Source of the DNA: Adineta vaga
Lineage: Eukaryota > Animalia > Rotifera
Reading direction: 5' to 3'
DNA length: 64,000 nucleotides
Assembly: GCA_021613535.1 (NCBI GenBank)
Contig: CP075495.1
Location: forward strand, 1,612,001-1,676,000
Every line of letters begins with the position of its first letter. Positions within the stretch are counted from its first letter, which is position 1. A program made the translations under genes and the position numbers. Below the pieces are notes generated by a model. The model was not told where the DNA came from. It saw only the letters and a program-made list of their open reading frames with translations, and searched no databases. Positions 53,543-64,000 of this stretch are shown here, one piece after another.

Positions 53543-56500
53543 TTATGTTTGATCATTGATTTGAAAATATTTATTTTCATCAACTAAACGTTGATATAAA
53601 CGTGATGCAACAGGAAAATATTCTTCATTCCATAATTGTTTGTTTACTTCATCTAATTCAGTATCATCAGTTGTTTCAAGACTATTTTCATCTACAAATT
53701 TGTTAGTTTTCAATTAAAAAATGAATTTCCATTCAAATAATTATCTTACGTAAAGATTCTTCGAAAAGACCGAACAATATTTTCAATTGATCATTAGTAA
53801 ACCAAAGAGATTGATTATCAGATTTTTCATAATTATTATCACAATAATTCCATAATGCTTTACAAACAAGACTAAAAACATAAGGTTTATCATAAATCAT
53901 ATTATCTCTAAAACATAAATTTACCTTGATAATTGCCAATCCGATTGAATAGAATATTCGAATATATTTATTAAACTATTTCAAATAAAACGAAAGAAAT
54001 ATTTTCTAAATGAAATTCTTGATTTTTTCTTACCTATCAATTCCATCATAAATTTTTAAACATTCTCTTTTATCTTCATCAACAGTTAAGTTAATTACAA
54101 CTCCAATAACTGCATATAACAATTCAATATTATTCGAACGACAATGATGAATTGCCAAACGATCAACTAAAATATATAAGAAATTCTTTTCTATTCAACA
54201 TTTTCTTTTTTCTTTACCTTTACACTTCATTAAAATATCTCGAATTCTTTTAGCTCTTGATAGATTTCCTAGAACACGAAATGCTTCTACAACACAATCC
54301 ATTTTCTCTTCATTTCGAATATATTTAACCAATACTAAAATATAATATAAAACAATGAAAAACTAATCTTTCATTTACATTGAGCAAGTGTTTCAGCATT
54401 TCGAATAATATAACTTTGTGGATCATCATAATATGATAAATTATTCAAAGCCATTAAAACATGAACAAGTAATTCTTCACTATGTTGACTTGGAGCTTCT
54501 GAAAAGAAAAAACAGGAAAGAATTATTTGTTAGTATGAAAGATGTGAAGTTTTTGTTTTTACTAAGAAGTTTAAATAGAAGATCAATACAATCATCACGT
54601 CGAATAATTGTTAATCCATTGTCTTGTGAAATAGCCAAATTACTTAATACACGAATAACTTTATTAATTACATTTTCAATTGAACGAAATTGATTTAGAT
54701 TCGTATCATCTACATGATCAACATCTTGACTAACAGAATCATCATTATCAAGTTTTTCTGGTTTTAAAACCTTGACAAAGAAAATGATTTAGTTAGAAAC
54801 AAAAAAAAACATATCATAATCAAACAAACATACAAGTGAATCAAGTTGAATATATGAATGTAAAAGTTTTGTTAACGTTTGTAAAGCATGAGAATCTTTC
54901 ATAAATATTATACGAGCATCTTCACTTTTAGCCATCATATTACCAAGAATAAAACAAACACGAACAATCAATGGCTAGAAATTGAAAATTTTATTTCTAA
55001 TCGACATTTTCTTGTTAAATCTAAAACATACCTGATTACTTTCATGTTTAATAAGTATTTTAAGAAATGATCGATAACATGTTGAACATTGCACAAGTTT
55101 TAGACAACAATCTGTATGTTGAGTTAATTTACTAAAAGAAAGAAAGAAAGATTTTTATTATTAACAAAATATTCATATTTACCTTAGTATTCGTGCGATA
55201 TTTTTCATTAAATCTCCATGAGTTTTATCTGTAAAATATTTCAATATAAATACTAAACGATCAATCAAATCATAGGTTAAAAATTCTCGACGATTCACAT
55301 CGTTTTCTGCTAAATTTCTCAATGCATCGGTTAACTAAATTAAAAAGTAAAAAGAAAGATTTTTTTTATGAAAATATATTTCATAATTTACCAATGTTAA
55401 ACAATCACGTAATCGTTGATGAATGTCAGTTTGATCTTTTAACTAAATAGAAAACAAAACAAATTTATTCGAGATGAAAAAATGAATATTTCAAATTACT
55501 TGAAGAAGATTTTCTAATGTTGTTTTCAACAATGGAAATGGTTTCTTCTCAGAAATTAAACCAATTAATTCATTATTCACAGTTAAATTTTTCAATGTTG
55601 TACAAAAATAAGCTGTTGATTCGAGATTTTGTGCCATATCAATACGTGGAATTGTTTCAAATAGAAGATCTAAGAATTCGAAATGAGAAAATCAAGTTTT
55701 TACGTTATGATTTTCTTACCAATGATATTTGTCTTTAAAAAGAAATGATCATTTTCTGTACTAGAACTTAGTTCAGCAATAATACGCATAATATTTCGTA
55801 AATTATTTGAACTGCTCACTTGAAACTAAAAATAGATTTTAAAAGCAAGATGAAATTAATGATTATATTCATTGATTCACTTACAGCAAGACTTAAACGA
55901 GCAACATGAAATTTAATAATTGTATTATCCGATTCAATAAAACCAAATAGAGTTTTGAGTAATTCACCTCGTTTTTTATTACTTTTCTTTCCAAAGAAAT
56001 TATGTTTTAATAAAGCATTATAAAGATCATTACAAGTTCGATCGTATTGTTCGTAATGTTTTTCTATAAAAGATAGTTTAAAAATGATACATTCAATTTA
56101 AGAACGAAAGAATCAAAAAATTTATTTTACTACTTTTATAAGCAGTGATCATTGTTTCGATCAATGGACCTATTTCATGTTTCCAAATGAGACTTTCATC
56201 TGAGGATTCAGAATCTAGAATGAATTTAGAAGAAATAGATTGCTAAAGAAAATCGAATTGAAAATAATCACTTCGATGAGTTGTTGTTGTAGATGAAGCA
56301 GTTGATCGTTGATGATTTGCAGGTAGAGGGGGTTTTGTTTGAGCTGATGTATTCGTATCATTCGAACGTATTTGTTCTTGTGGTGATTGATGGTTTGTAG
56401 TTAGAGAAGGTCTTGCTTGTGTTGATGTGTTTGTATTATTCGAACGCATTTGTTCCTGTGATGATTGATGATTTGTAGGTAAAGGAGGTTTTGTTTGAGT

Positions 56501-57147
56501 TGATGTGTTGGTATCATTCGAATGTATTTGTTCTTGCGATGATTGATGATTTAGTTTTGAAAGTCTTGGTGGTGCAACTACTGTTGGAACAATAGGATCC
56601 GGTATACCTGCCACTAATCCTACGATAAAGAATGACATTATAAACACAAATAGTAGAGATTCATTTACCTTTTGAACTTCGTCGTTTTGCTTCCACAGGC
56701 TAGAAAAGAATACAGGTAAAGAAAAACAAATGAGAAATTTTGAAAAAAAAAAGATCTTTCTTACTCGACTTGATCCTGGCCGTGATTCTGTTTCGTAATC
56801 AATGGACGGCGCACTAATTAGAAAAATGTGAAAATCAAACGATACATTTCGAATATTTGCTTTCTTTTCTCTTACGTAAATGAACTAGGCTCGTGATTTA
56901 ATTTACTTAATGTATATCTCGAATCATCACGTGGTGTATATGGACGTGTTGTTGGCATATCTTTTAAGGATTGTTTAGCATCATTAATAATTTTTGATGG
57001 TACATTTTCAACCCATGATGGAATTTCATAGAAAGCCATTGGACTCTCTCGACTATTTCGACGATTAATGACTGTCGATGGTGAATATGCCGTAGGATTT
57101 TCACGACCGGATGCTGAATGAGTACTCCCACTTGGTGAATTACTCAT
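53543..57147 (-). CDS. ARMC2: Armadillo repeat-containing protein 2
   Basis: FYEIP...RPYTPRD N-terminus, ARM repeats (IVRVCFILGNMMAK, KVIRVLSNLAI, VEAFRVLGNLSR, LVCKALWNY), many introns. Confidence 0.8.
56310..56551 (-). repeat. 78-bp coding tandem repeat, 3 copies, within an ARMC2 exon
   Basis: A 26-aa unit like NHQSSQEQIHSNDTNTSTQTKPPLPT repeated three times. Confidence 0.85.
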
Positions 57148-57308
57148 GATACAAAACAATATCTCGATATTCTATTCTTCTTTAATTTATCTAGAAAGAC
57201 AATAAACATTCAGTGAGTCATTCATCTATTTCACATATTTATATGAAAAGGAAAAAAAATATTTTCCATTGACATGATTATCGTCATTACTGGTATATCA
57301 ACGCAAAT

Positions 57309-57322
57309 GTTTCCATGACAAC
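57309..57322. promoter_or_regulatory. RFX X-box in the ARMC2/CIR1 divergent promoter
   Basis: GTTTCCATGACAAC matches the ciliary-gene X-box consensus, about 160 bp upstream of the ARMC2 ATG. Confidence 0.65.
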
Positions 57323-57562
57323 GAATCATCGATGAAATAAAATTTATAAAAAAAACAATAATTTATTTGAAATCTAAAAGTTTTATTTATTATGAAAAAG
57401 ATTTTTTTCATAAAAATTAATGAAGTCCAATGTATAAAACAACAATGGGTAAACTATGGATTTTGTTTATTTCTTTCATCAGTTCACTTTCATCATCACA
57501 TTACATATATATACATCGTTGATTTAGTTTGTTAAAATTCAACTTCGAAGAAAACTGCAATC

Positions 57563-58465
57563 ATGGGAAAGGTAAGAATTTCATGTTTTCTTCTTGTTTT
57601 AAAATGATATATATATGAAATGATTGATTTAGGGTTTCGAAAATTATATGTCAAAAAAATGGTTTCACCCAACCAATATGGGAAATATGAGACGTAAATA
57701 TATGGCTGAACAGAAATCATCGAATGAAAAACGTCGTCAACAAGAATTACGTGAACAATATGAACGTGAACAAGAACTTTTCTCGAATAAACAATTGATG
57801 GGTGATGAGAAAGCTCGTGCAGGTTTATCATTTATGTACAATCCACCAGCTGGTATTGCTAAACAAGAAGAACCACAAAATCAAGATCAAGAACTTCGAC
57901 GAGAAGATGGAACATTAATTATCAATAAAGATGAACCAAAATTCGAATGGCAAAGAAAATATAATGCACCAAGAGAATCATGGGCTAAAAATGATGATAA
58001 AATTCGTGATCAACCATTTGGTATTGAAGTGAGAAACGTAAGTTTGATGAATTTACTTTGATGATATGTTCTAAACGAAATTTTTAATTTTTTTTCTAGG
58101 TTCATTGTTTAAAATGTCGAAAATGGGGTCATATTAATACGGATAAAATCTGTCCGTTATATGGCAAATCTCGTCTACTTAATGACACGGCTGATCCAAT
58201 AACACAATTAGCTTTAGCACAAAATATGCGATCAACAAATGATTTAATTGATGATTTACAAACGAAAGGTTTAGCTATGCGACGTAATGGTGCTGAACAT
58301 ATGATGATTCATCAAGATGCTGATCGAACGGAACTTTCAACTCAAAGCAAATCAGATGAATCAAAAATGGAATTAGATTTTCTTAAACAATTACCGAGAA
58401 AAACCAAACATAGTCTAATGAAACGATTGAAACATCTTCAAAGACATGGAGCATTGAAAGTGTAA
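57563..58465 (+). CDS. CIR1: Corepressor interacting with RBPJ 1 (short form)
   Basis: [71 protein letters not shown]. Two introns. Confidence 0.9.
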
Positions 58466-58618
58466 TTATTTTGTTTGTTTTTGCGACGAAAAAAAAAGTC
58501 ATGAAAATTTACTCGCGATTGTTTATCTTTTAAATATGTTCAATAAATAAATATACATATATATATATATATACATCTGTTGTAGATAATTCTTGAAATT
58601 AAATATTAACACTAACTT

Positions 58619-59457
58619 ATGTTTTCAATACTCATCGCTGGCCGGTTGGTAAGTTTTGACATGCAATAATTATATATATATATATATTAGATTCATTTTC
58701 TCAGCCACAAGTTAATTTTCAACAAGTCAGTGAAACTCAATTCGTCATACCAGTATCAGATGTTGATCATGTCAATCATCTCGTTGTCTTTATGACAGGT
58801 CAAATACCATTCCCAGAAAACTACGGAGGAGGTGGCAAGTATCATGTAATATCGTTTTTCTATATCTTTTTATTTTACAACATATTTTTCTTCATTGTAG
58901 TCTATTTCAGTTGGCCAAGTACAGAAGGACCATCATGGATTTATTTAGGGAAAATAACGAATACAAAACCAAGTGCCATCTTTCGTATCAATAAACTTAA
59001 AGGTAAATATTTATATCTTATTAAAATAATTTTTCCACGACGTAGATCACAATCCATAATATAGATGGCGCCACTCGTGTACTGTAATATGAATTCTCGT
59101 CTTCTTGTTATAGATAATGAATCAAAAACTGGTTCTGGATTAGCATCAGCACTGTTCAGTGCTTTTCAACATCAAACAGCCATACCTACCGATGGTCTAC
59201 TCGGTATTAGTGTTGAGCCCTTAACTCAACTTGAACAACAAGTTCAACCAAGTGATGTAACTCCATCAACTGTAGCATCGAATGTTGAATTTGTTTCTAA
59301 AATGCTCAATAATTTCGTCAATTATGTCACATCATTTGTTCAAACTGTTCCAGGAACATCAGAACAAATCGTTCCATTAAGTATTGTTCAAACTTGGTAT
59401 ACTAATTTTCAACGACGTATTACCGAGAATCCTAATTTTTGGAAACAAACAAACTAA
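58619..59457 (+). CDS. HIKESHI: Hikeshi (OPI10) Hsp70 nuclear import carrier
   Basis: MFSILIAGRL, NHLVVFMTGQIPFP, YLGKITNTKPSAIF, WYTNFQRRITENPNFWK. Confidence 0.92.
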
Positions 59458-59582
59458 TCTACATTATTTTAATAAAATAAAACTGTTCTTCTTCATCTAA
59501 TGTTTCTTTCTCTTTTCTAGTTATCTTATTATTAATCTTTTTAGATATATCTATATTATCTTTGTTAATCAACCAATTAACC

Positions 59583-59864
59583 ATGCAAACCACAGACATC
59601 GTCCCAACAGCTGATCAAATTGAATTGTATGTTCCAAGAAAATGTGCTGCCAGTAATAAAATCATTGCTGCTAAAGATCATGCTGCTGTTCAATTAGATA
59701 TCGCCGAAGTTGACGAACATACAGGTCGAATGACTGGTAAAAGTCGAACATATGCCTTATGTGGTTCAATTCGTATGATGGGTGAAAGCGATGATTCAAT
59801 TGTACGATTAGCTGCACGTGATGGTTTTATTAGCAAAGGATATTTTCTCAGAGAAAGCAAATAA
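59583..59864 (+). CDS. RPS21: 40S ribosomal protein S21 (eS21), divergent termini, CDS intronless
   Basis: [23 protein letters not shown]...[21 protein letters not shown]. Confidence 0.92.
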   Translation: MQTTDIVPTADQIELYVPRKCAASNKIIAAKDHAAVQLDIAEVDEHTGRMTGKSRTYALCGSIRMMGESDDSIVRLAARDGFISKGYFLRESK

Positions 59865-61302
59865 GAAAATGTAGATCTCATATAAACTCTTACTCTCTCT
59901 CGTTTGTAAACAACTTCATGTCGTTTATTTTTTTTTGTCATTACAAAGAGAAAAACAAAAATGTTGAGAGAAAAGATCAAAATAAAATAAGAAGAATCAT
60001 TTTCATAGGCATGATAAATAAAACCAGAACTATGATTTCATGTTTCACATTATAACCTCCAAAGGTTTACACGAACAATTTGTGTCATAAGATATAATTA
60101 GAAATTACGATGGAAAAGATGATTATTTATGAATTTCTTATAAATACCAGGTGTTACTAAAAAAACTAGTGATTTATTTTTGAATTCCAATACAAGATTG
60201 TTATGAACTCAAAAAATTATTCATTTTCACTACCATCATAGAACGTCAAATCTGAATATCTTATAAATTTTCATTTAATTCTTCATAGAAACAAATACCA
60301 CAGACATTCAATCATATTCGTAAGATTCTCGAAATATTTTTCTTCATATTTTATAGTTTTATTAATCCTGTACTAGTATTTGATTTATTTTTCTAATCAA
60401 AATGTATATCATTCTTGAAATGAATTAAATAATCTATCGCTAACATCGAACACATGGATAACCAAAAGAACAAAAATAATTAACGAAATTTCCCGATAGT
60501 TTCAATGGTAAACTTTGTCTTTCTTCTTACCAATAGAAGTTATGCGAATGACTGATATTGTTTATATATTACTAATTTTTGCCACCATATTTATTTGTTT
60601 ATTTTTCATGTTTTCAGTCGATTTACTTTTTAAATAGTGAATATCACATTGAAATTTTGTCAGGTAAATTATTTCTGAATGACTCATTGAACATATAGTG
60701 ATCAATTTGAATGTTGAATCAGCTGTTTTTTGTTGATCAGCTGTTTGGAAATGTTTGATTGGTTAATTATTCTGCCATCCGAAGAATTGATGTGCGTCCA
60801 TCATCATTCCTCCTCCCTTTCGTCTATTTCACTCGTCCGATGCGATGGATGGAGGAAACCAACTCCATTGCTTTCTCTAGATTAGTAAAAAAAGAGAGAA
60901 GAACAATACAGCTGTTTGTTTTCGAACGAGTGTATGTGTGTTGTTACTTCTCTTTTGTGTGTTATGCGTACTAGAAGCATCATCATCACATACACGTGAA
61001 GCAGGAGAGAGAGAGAGTGAACACATACACACGTCCGCCGTCGTCCTCTTCTTCTCTCTCTGCTGTCTGTCTCTTCACTCTGCTAGTTAAATAGGCAGTG
61101 GTGGGAACGAACGAGGTTTGCCTGACATCATCATCATCATCGTCACAACACATACGCAACAAAGTATTCAACGAAATAAGTATGAAAATGATTTTATTCA
61201 TAAAATCTTTTCTAAAATCGAAAGAAAGATGAAAATATACAAATAGAATTTTGTTTATTTATTTATTTACTTATTTTTTTTTTGTTGTTGTTGCGTTAAG
61301 AT

Positions 61303-64000
61303 ATGCCTTCAACAATTTCCATTCTTCAAGCATATGCAAACGAATTTTTACGTTGTGCAATATGTTTACATGATTTCGAATATGATAATTCACTTTATCG
61401 TCCAATAACTTTACCCATATGTGGACATACTATGTGTGGACAATGTATTGATATAATACGTAAACAAACAAAATGTCCACAAGATCAAGTTTCATTTGGA
61501 ACAAACATATCATTGGAACAATTACCAATAAATTATCCTTTATTAATTATACTTTATGATCCAGCTAAAGTAATTGAATAAGATATTTCCTTTTTTTCGT
61601 CATTGATTATTTATTTATTTGTTTATTTATTTTTTAGTTACCCGAAGATGATGAACAACGTTATGGTCTATGTTTATCATATATGAAACTTGATGATGAA
61701 ACTAAATCATATTTTCATCAAAGTCAATCGATTCTTGGTGATATTGCAATTGCCATTAAACCTTTGAGTAAGAAAAGAAAATGATTTTAGTTTTTCTATG
61801 GAAAATGATTTTGTTTTTGTTTTTATTTCCTTAGTTATTGATTTTAAACTTAGTGAACATAAAGAAAATCAACAAATTTTAAGTCGTCCTATTATTCGAA
61901 AAATCTTTGCTTTATTAAATAGTCAATTTATCGATCGTGATGGTCGTTTCAAAGCTCTTAAAGCAGCACGTAGTCTTGGCGAACGTATTTGCATTGATTT
62001 TATTATTCATCATCAAAATCCTCAACAATTAACAGCTAATCTTTGGTCAGCTGTTCGTTCACGTGGCTGCCAATTTCTAGGGCCAGGTTTGTGATTTCTT
62101 TCGAGAATATTCTTCAGCATTTCGATATATCTTTTGTTCTATTTAGCTATGCAAGAAGAAGTATTAAAATTAATTCTATTAGCACTTGAAGATGGTTCAG
62201 CATTATCACGTAAAGTTCTCGTTTTATTTGTTGTACAAAAATTAGCACCACAATATCCTCGAGCAAGTAAAACAAGTGTTGGACATGTTGTTCAATTACT
62301 TTATCGAGCATCTTGTTTTAAAGTAAGATATGAAAGAGAAAAACAAATCGATTATAAATTTTCATATTTCAGGTACAAAAACGTGAAGAAGAATCATCAT
62401 TGATGCAATTGAAATCAGAATTTCGAAATTATGAAAATCTTCGACGAGAACATGATTCACAAATTATTCAAATTGCTGTCGAAGCCGGTAAAGATTATCG
62501 AATCGATCTATTATTTGAAATATATAATGTATCTTCTTCTTCTTCTTTTTGTTTCAGGTTTACGTATCTCACCCGAACAATGGTCTTCATTATTGTATGG
62601 TGATGCTCAACATAAATCATCCATGCAATCAATTATTGATAAACTTTCTACACCAGCTTCATTTACTCAAGGAATTCAAGAATTTCTCATTGTTCTTCAG
62701 CGTGCTGGTGATTCATCGAAACATTTAGCACAATTAAAAACTGATTTTGAAATTTTATCACAAATCGAGACTGGAAATATCGATCAACAATCTATAGTAG
62801 ATGATAATCAATATGAACATTCAAATTGGTTATTAATGGTTGAAGCATTAAAATCAATTAAAACTGTTTTACAAGCTTTAATGGATTTTAATTTACAAGA
62901 ATCGAAAACAAATCATTTTAATAAAAATTACTATCATCACCGTTCGTACGATCTTTCATCAACGACATTTACATCATCAACATCATGTTCATCACCAATG
63001 ACTGTTTCACCATTGGGTGGTAGTAGTACAACATCAGAATATCATTTACAACCATTACATCCATCTGCATCACAACATAGTCAAAGCAAATATAAGGTTT
63101 GATTTGTTTGTTTATTTAAAATGAAAGAATTTTTATTTCGATTGTTTTATAGGTGTCGATGTGTCGAGATTTTGTTCAAAAACAATCATGTCCACGTGGT
63201 ATTCATTGCACATTTGCACATTCAAAAATTGAAATGGATAGATTTCGTGCTAAAAATCGTCCTTTAAATGGAACAATGTTACCATTGAATCCAACAAATT
63301 CAAATACTTCTCTTCCACCACCACTATCACAATCATCTTCAACTACAAATGGTTTATCTCTTTATCCATCTACGAATGGTACCAATTTAGTTCGACCAAT
63401 TCCTCCATCTATTTTACCTTTGTGGAATCCACAACAATCTCAACATCTTATACAAGAAATTCCTCAACAACATCATCATCAGTAAACAAAATTTCTTCTC
63501 CTTTTCTATTCACTTCTTCTTCTTCTTCTTCTTCTTCTAGTCATTATTATCATCCATCACAAATTCCACCATCAATTCTTCATATGCACACTCATCCAAA
63601 TGTAACAACATATGAACATTCACAACAAACAAACAATATGAATAATCTGACTACTACGAGTAACAATAATCCAAATAATAATAATAACAACAATAACAAT
63701 AACAATAATTCAAGTCAAATTCCGGTGATCGCAGCTGCTGCTCAAGCTATTCTTGAACAAAACAATGCAGCTGCTGCAGCTCTTGCTGCCAATGCATTTT
63801 ACCGTTTTCAACAACAACAACAACCAACACCATATCATCAAACATCATCAATAGTAAAATAAAAATTTCGTAGAATTTTTCCTATTCCTTCAATTGTCGT
63901 TTTTCTTCAAGCACGGTCAACAACAACAACAACAACAACCATCTTTATTATCTCGATCATCAAATCTTCCTAATTCATCATCAAATTCAATGCAGCAACG
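61303..64000 (+). CDS. RC3H1: Roquin (RING-ROQ-CCCH), 3' end beyond the window
   Basis: RING CAIC..CGHTMC..C..CPQD, ROQ domain [30 protein letters not shown]...[23 protein letters not shown] finger MCRDF...CPRG..CTFAHS. Confidence 0.93.
63661..63709 (+). repeat. (AAT/AAC)n coding microsatellite encoding poly-Asn in Roquin
   Basis: Directly visible in the sequence. Confidence 0.85.

Noticed and set aside
1-64000. Numerous 60-120 aa ORFs in the track that overlap genes or lie in intergenic DNA; tRNA and rRNA genes
   Set aside because: The short ORFs are F/I/L/K-rich chance products of AT-rich DNA; no tRNA or rRNA signature was seen.

Overview
AT-rich eukaryotic genomic DNA with many short (~45-70 bp) GT-AG introns. 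Gene content, bacterial-type genes that carry introns, and TGTGGG/TGAGGG motifs point to a bdelloid rotifer (inference). Genes in order: two tandem double-trypsin proteases, an IAP-type RING relic and a two-BIR IAP, an unknown low-complexity gene, an ABCG half-transporter, a small secreted peptide, TNPO3, a foreign-looking DxD glycosyltransferase-like gene with a His-rich and (GGHHDTDY)n tail, MRPS9 with a nested antisense GH18 chitinase, three tandem CD36 genes, a GPCR, a single-TM protein, a pentapeptide-repeat protein, an intronless TIR protein, ARMC2, a tight CIR1-HIKESHI-RPS21 cluster, and Roquin (truncated by the window edge). The first CD36 copy has a hAT-like MITE, itself holding Helitron-like units, inserted at its start codon; a CACTA-like relic follows that copy. 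Most notable: (1) a 20-23 nt motif (TTC)CATCTTGAGGGTGTGGGTGT recurs in unrelated flanks with a fixed 3' end, possibly telomerase-template insertion scars; (2) the chitinase CDS overlaps an MRPS9 coding exon on the opposite strand; (3) the GT/His-repeat fusion; (4) an operon-like cluster; (5) a gene-conversion tract over the protease active site. All calls were made by eye; no database searches were run.
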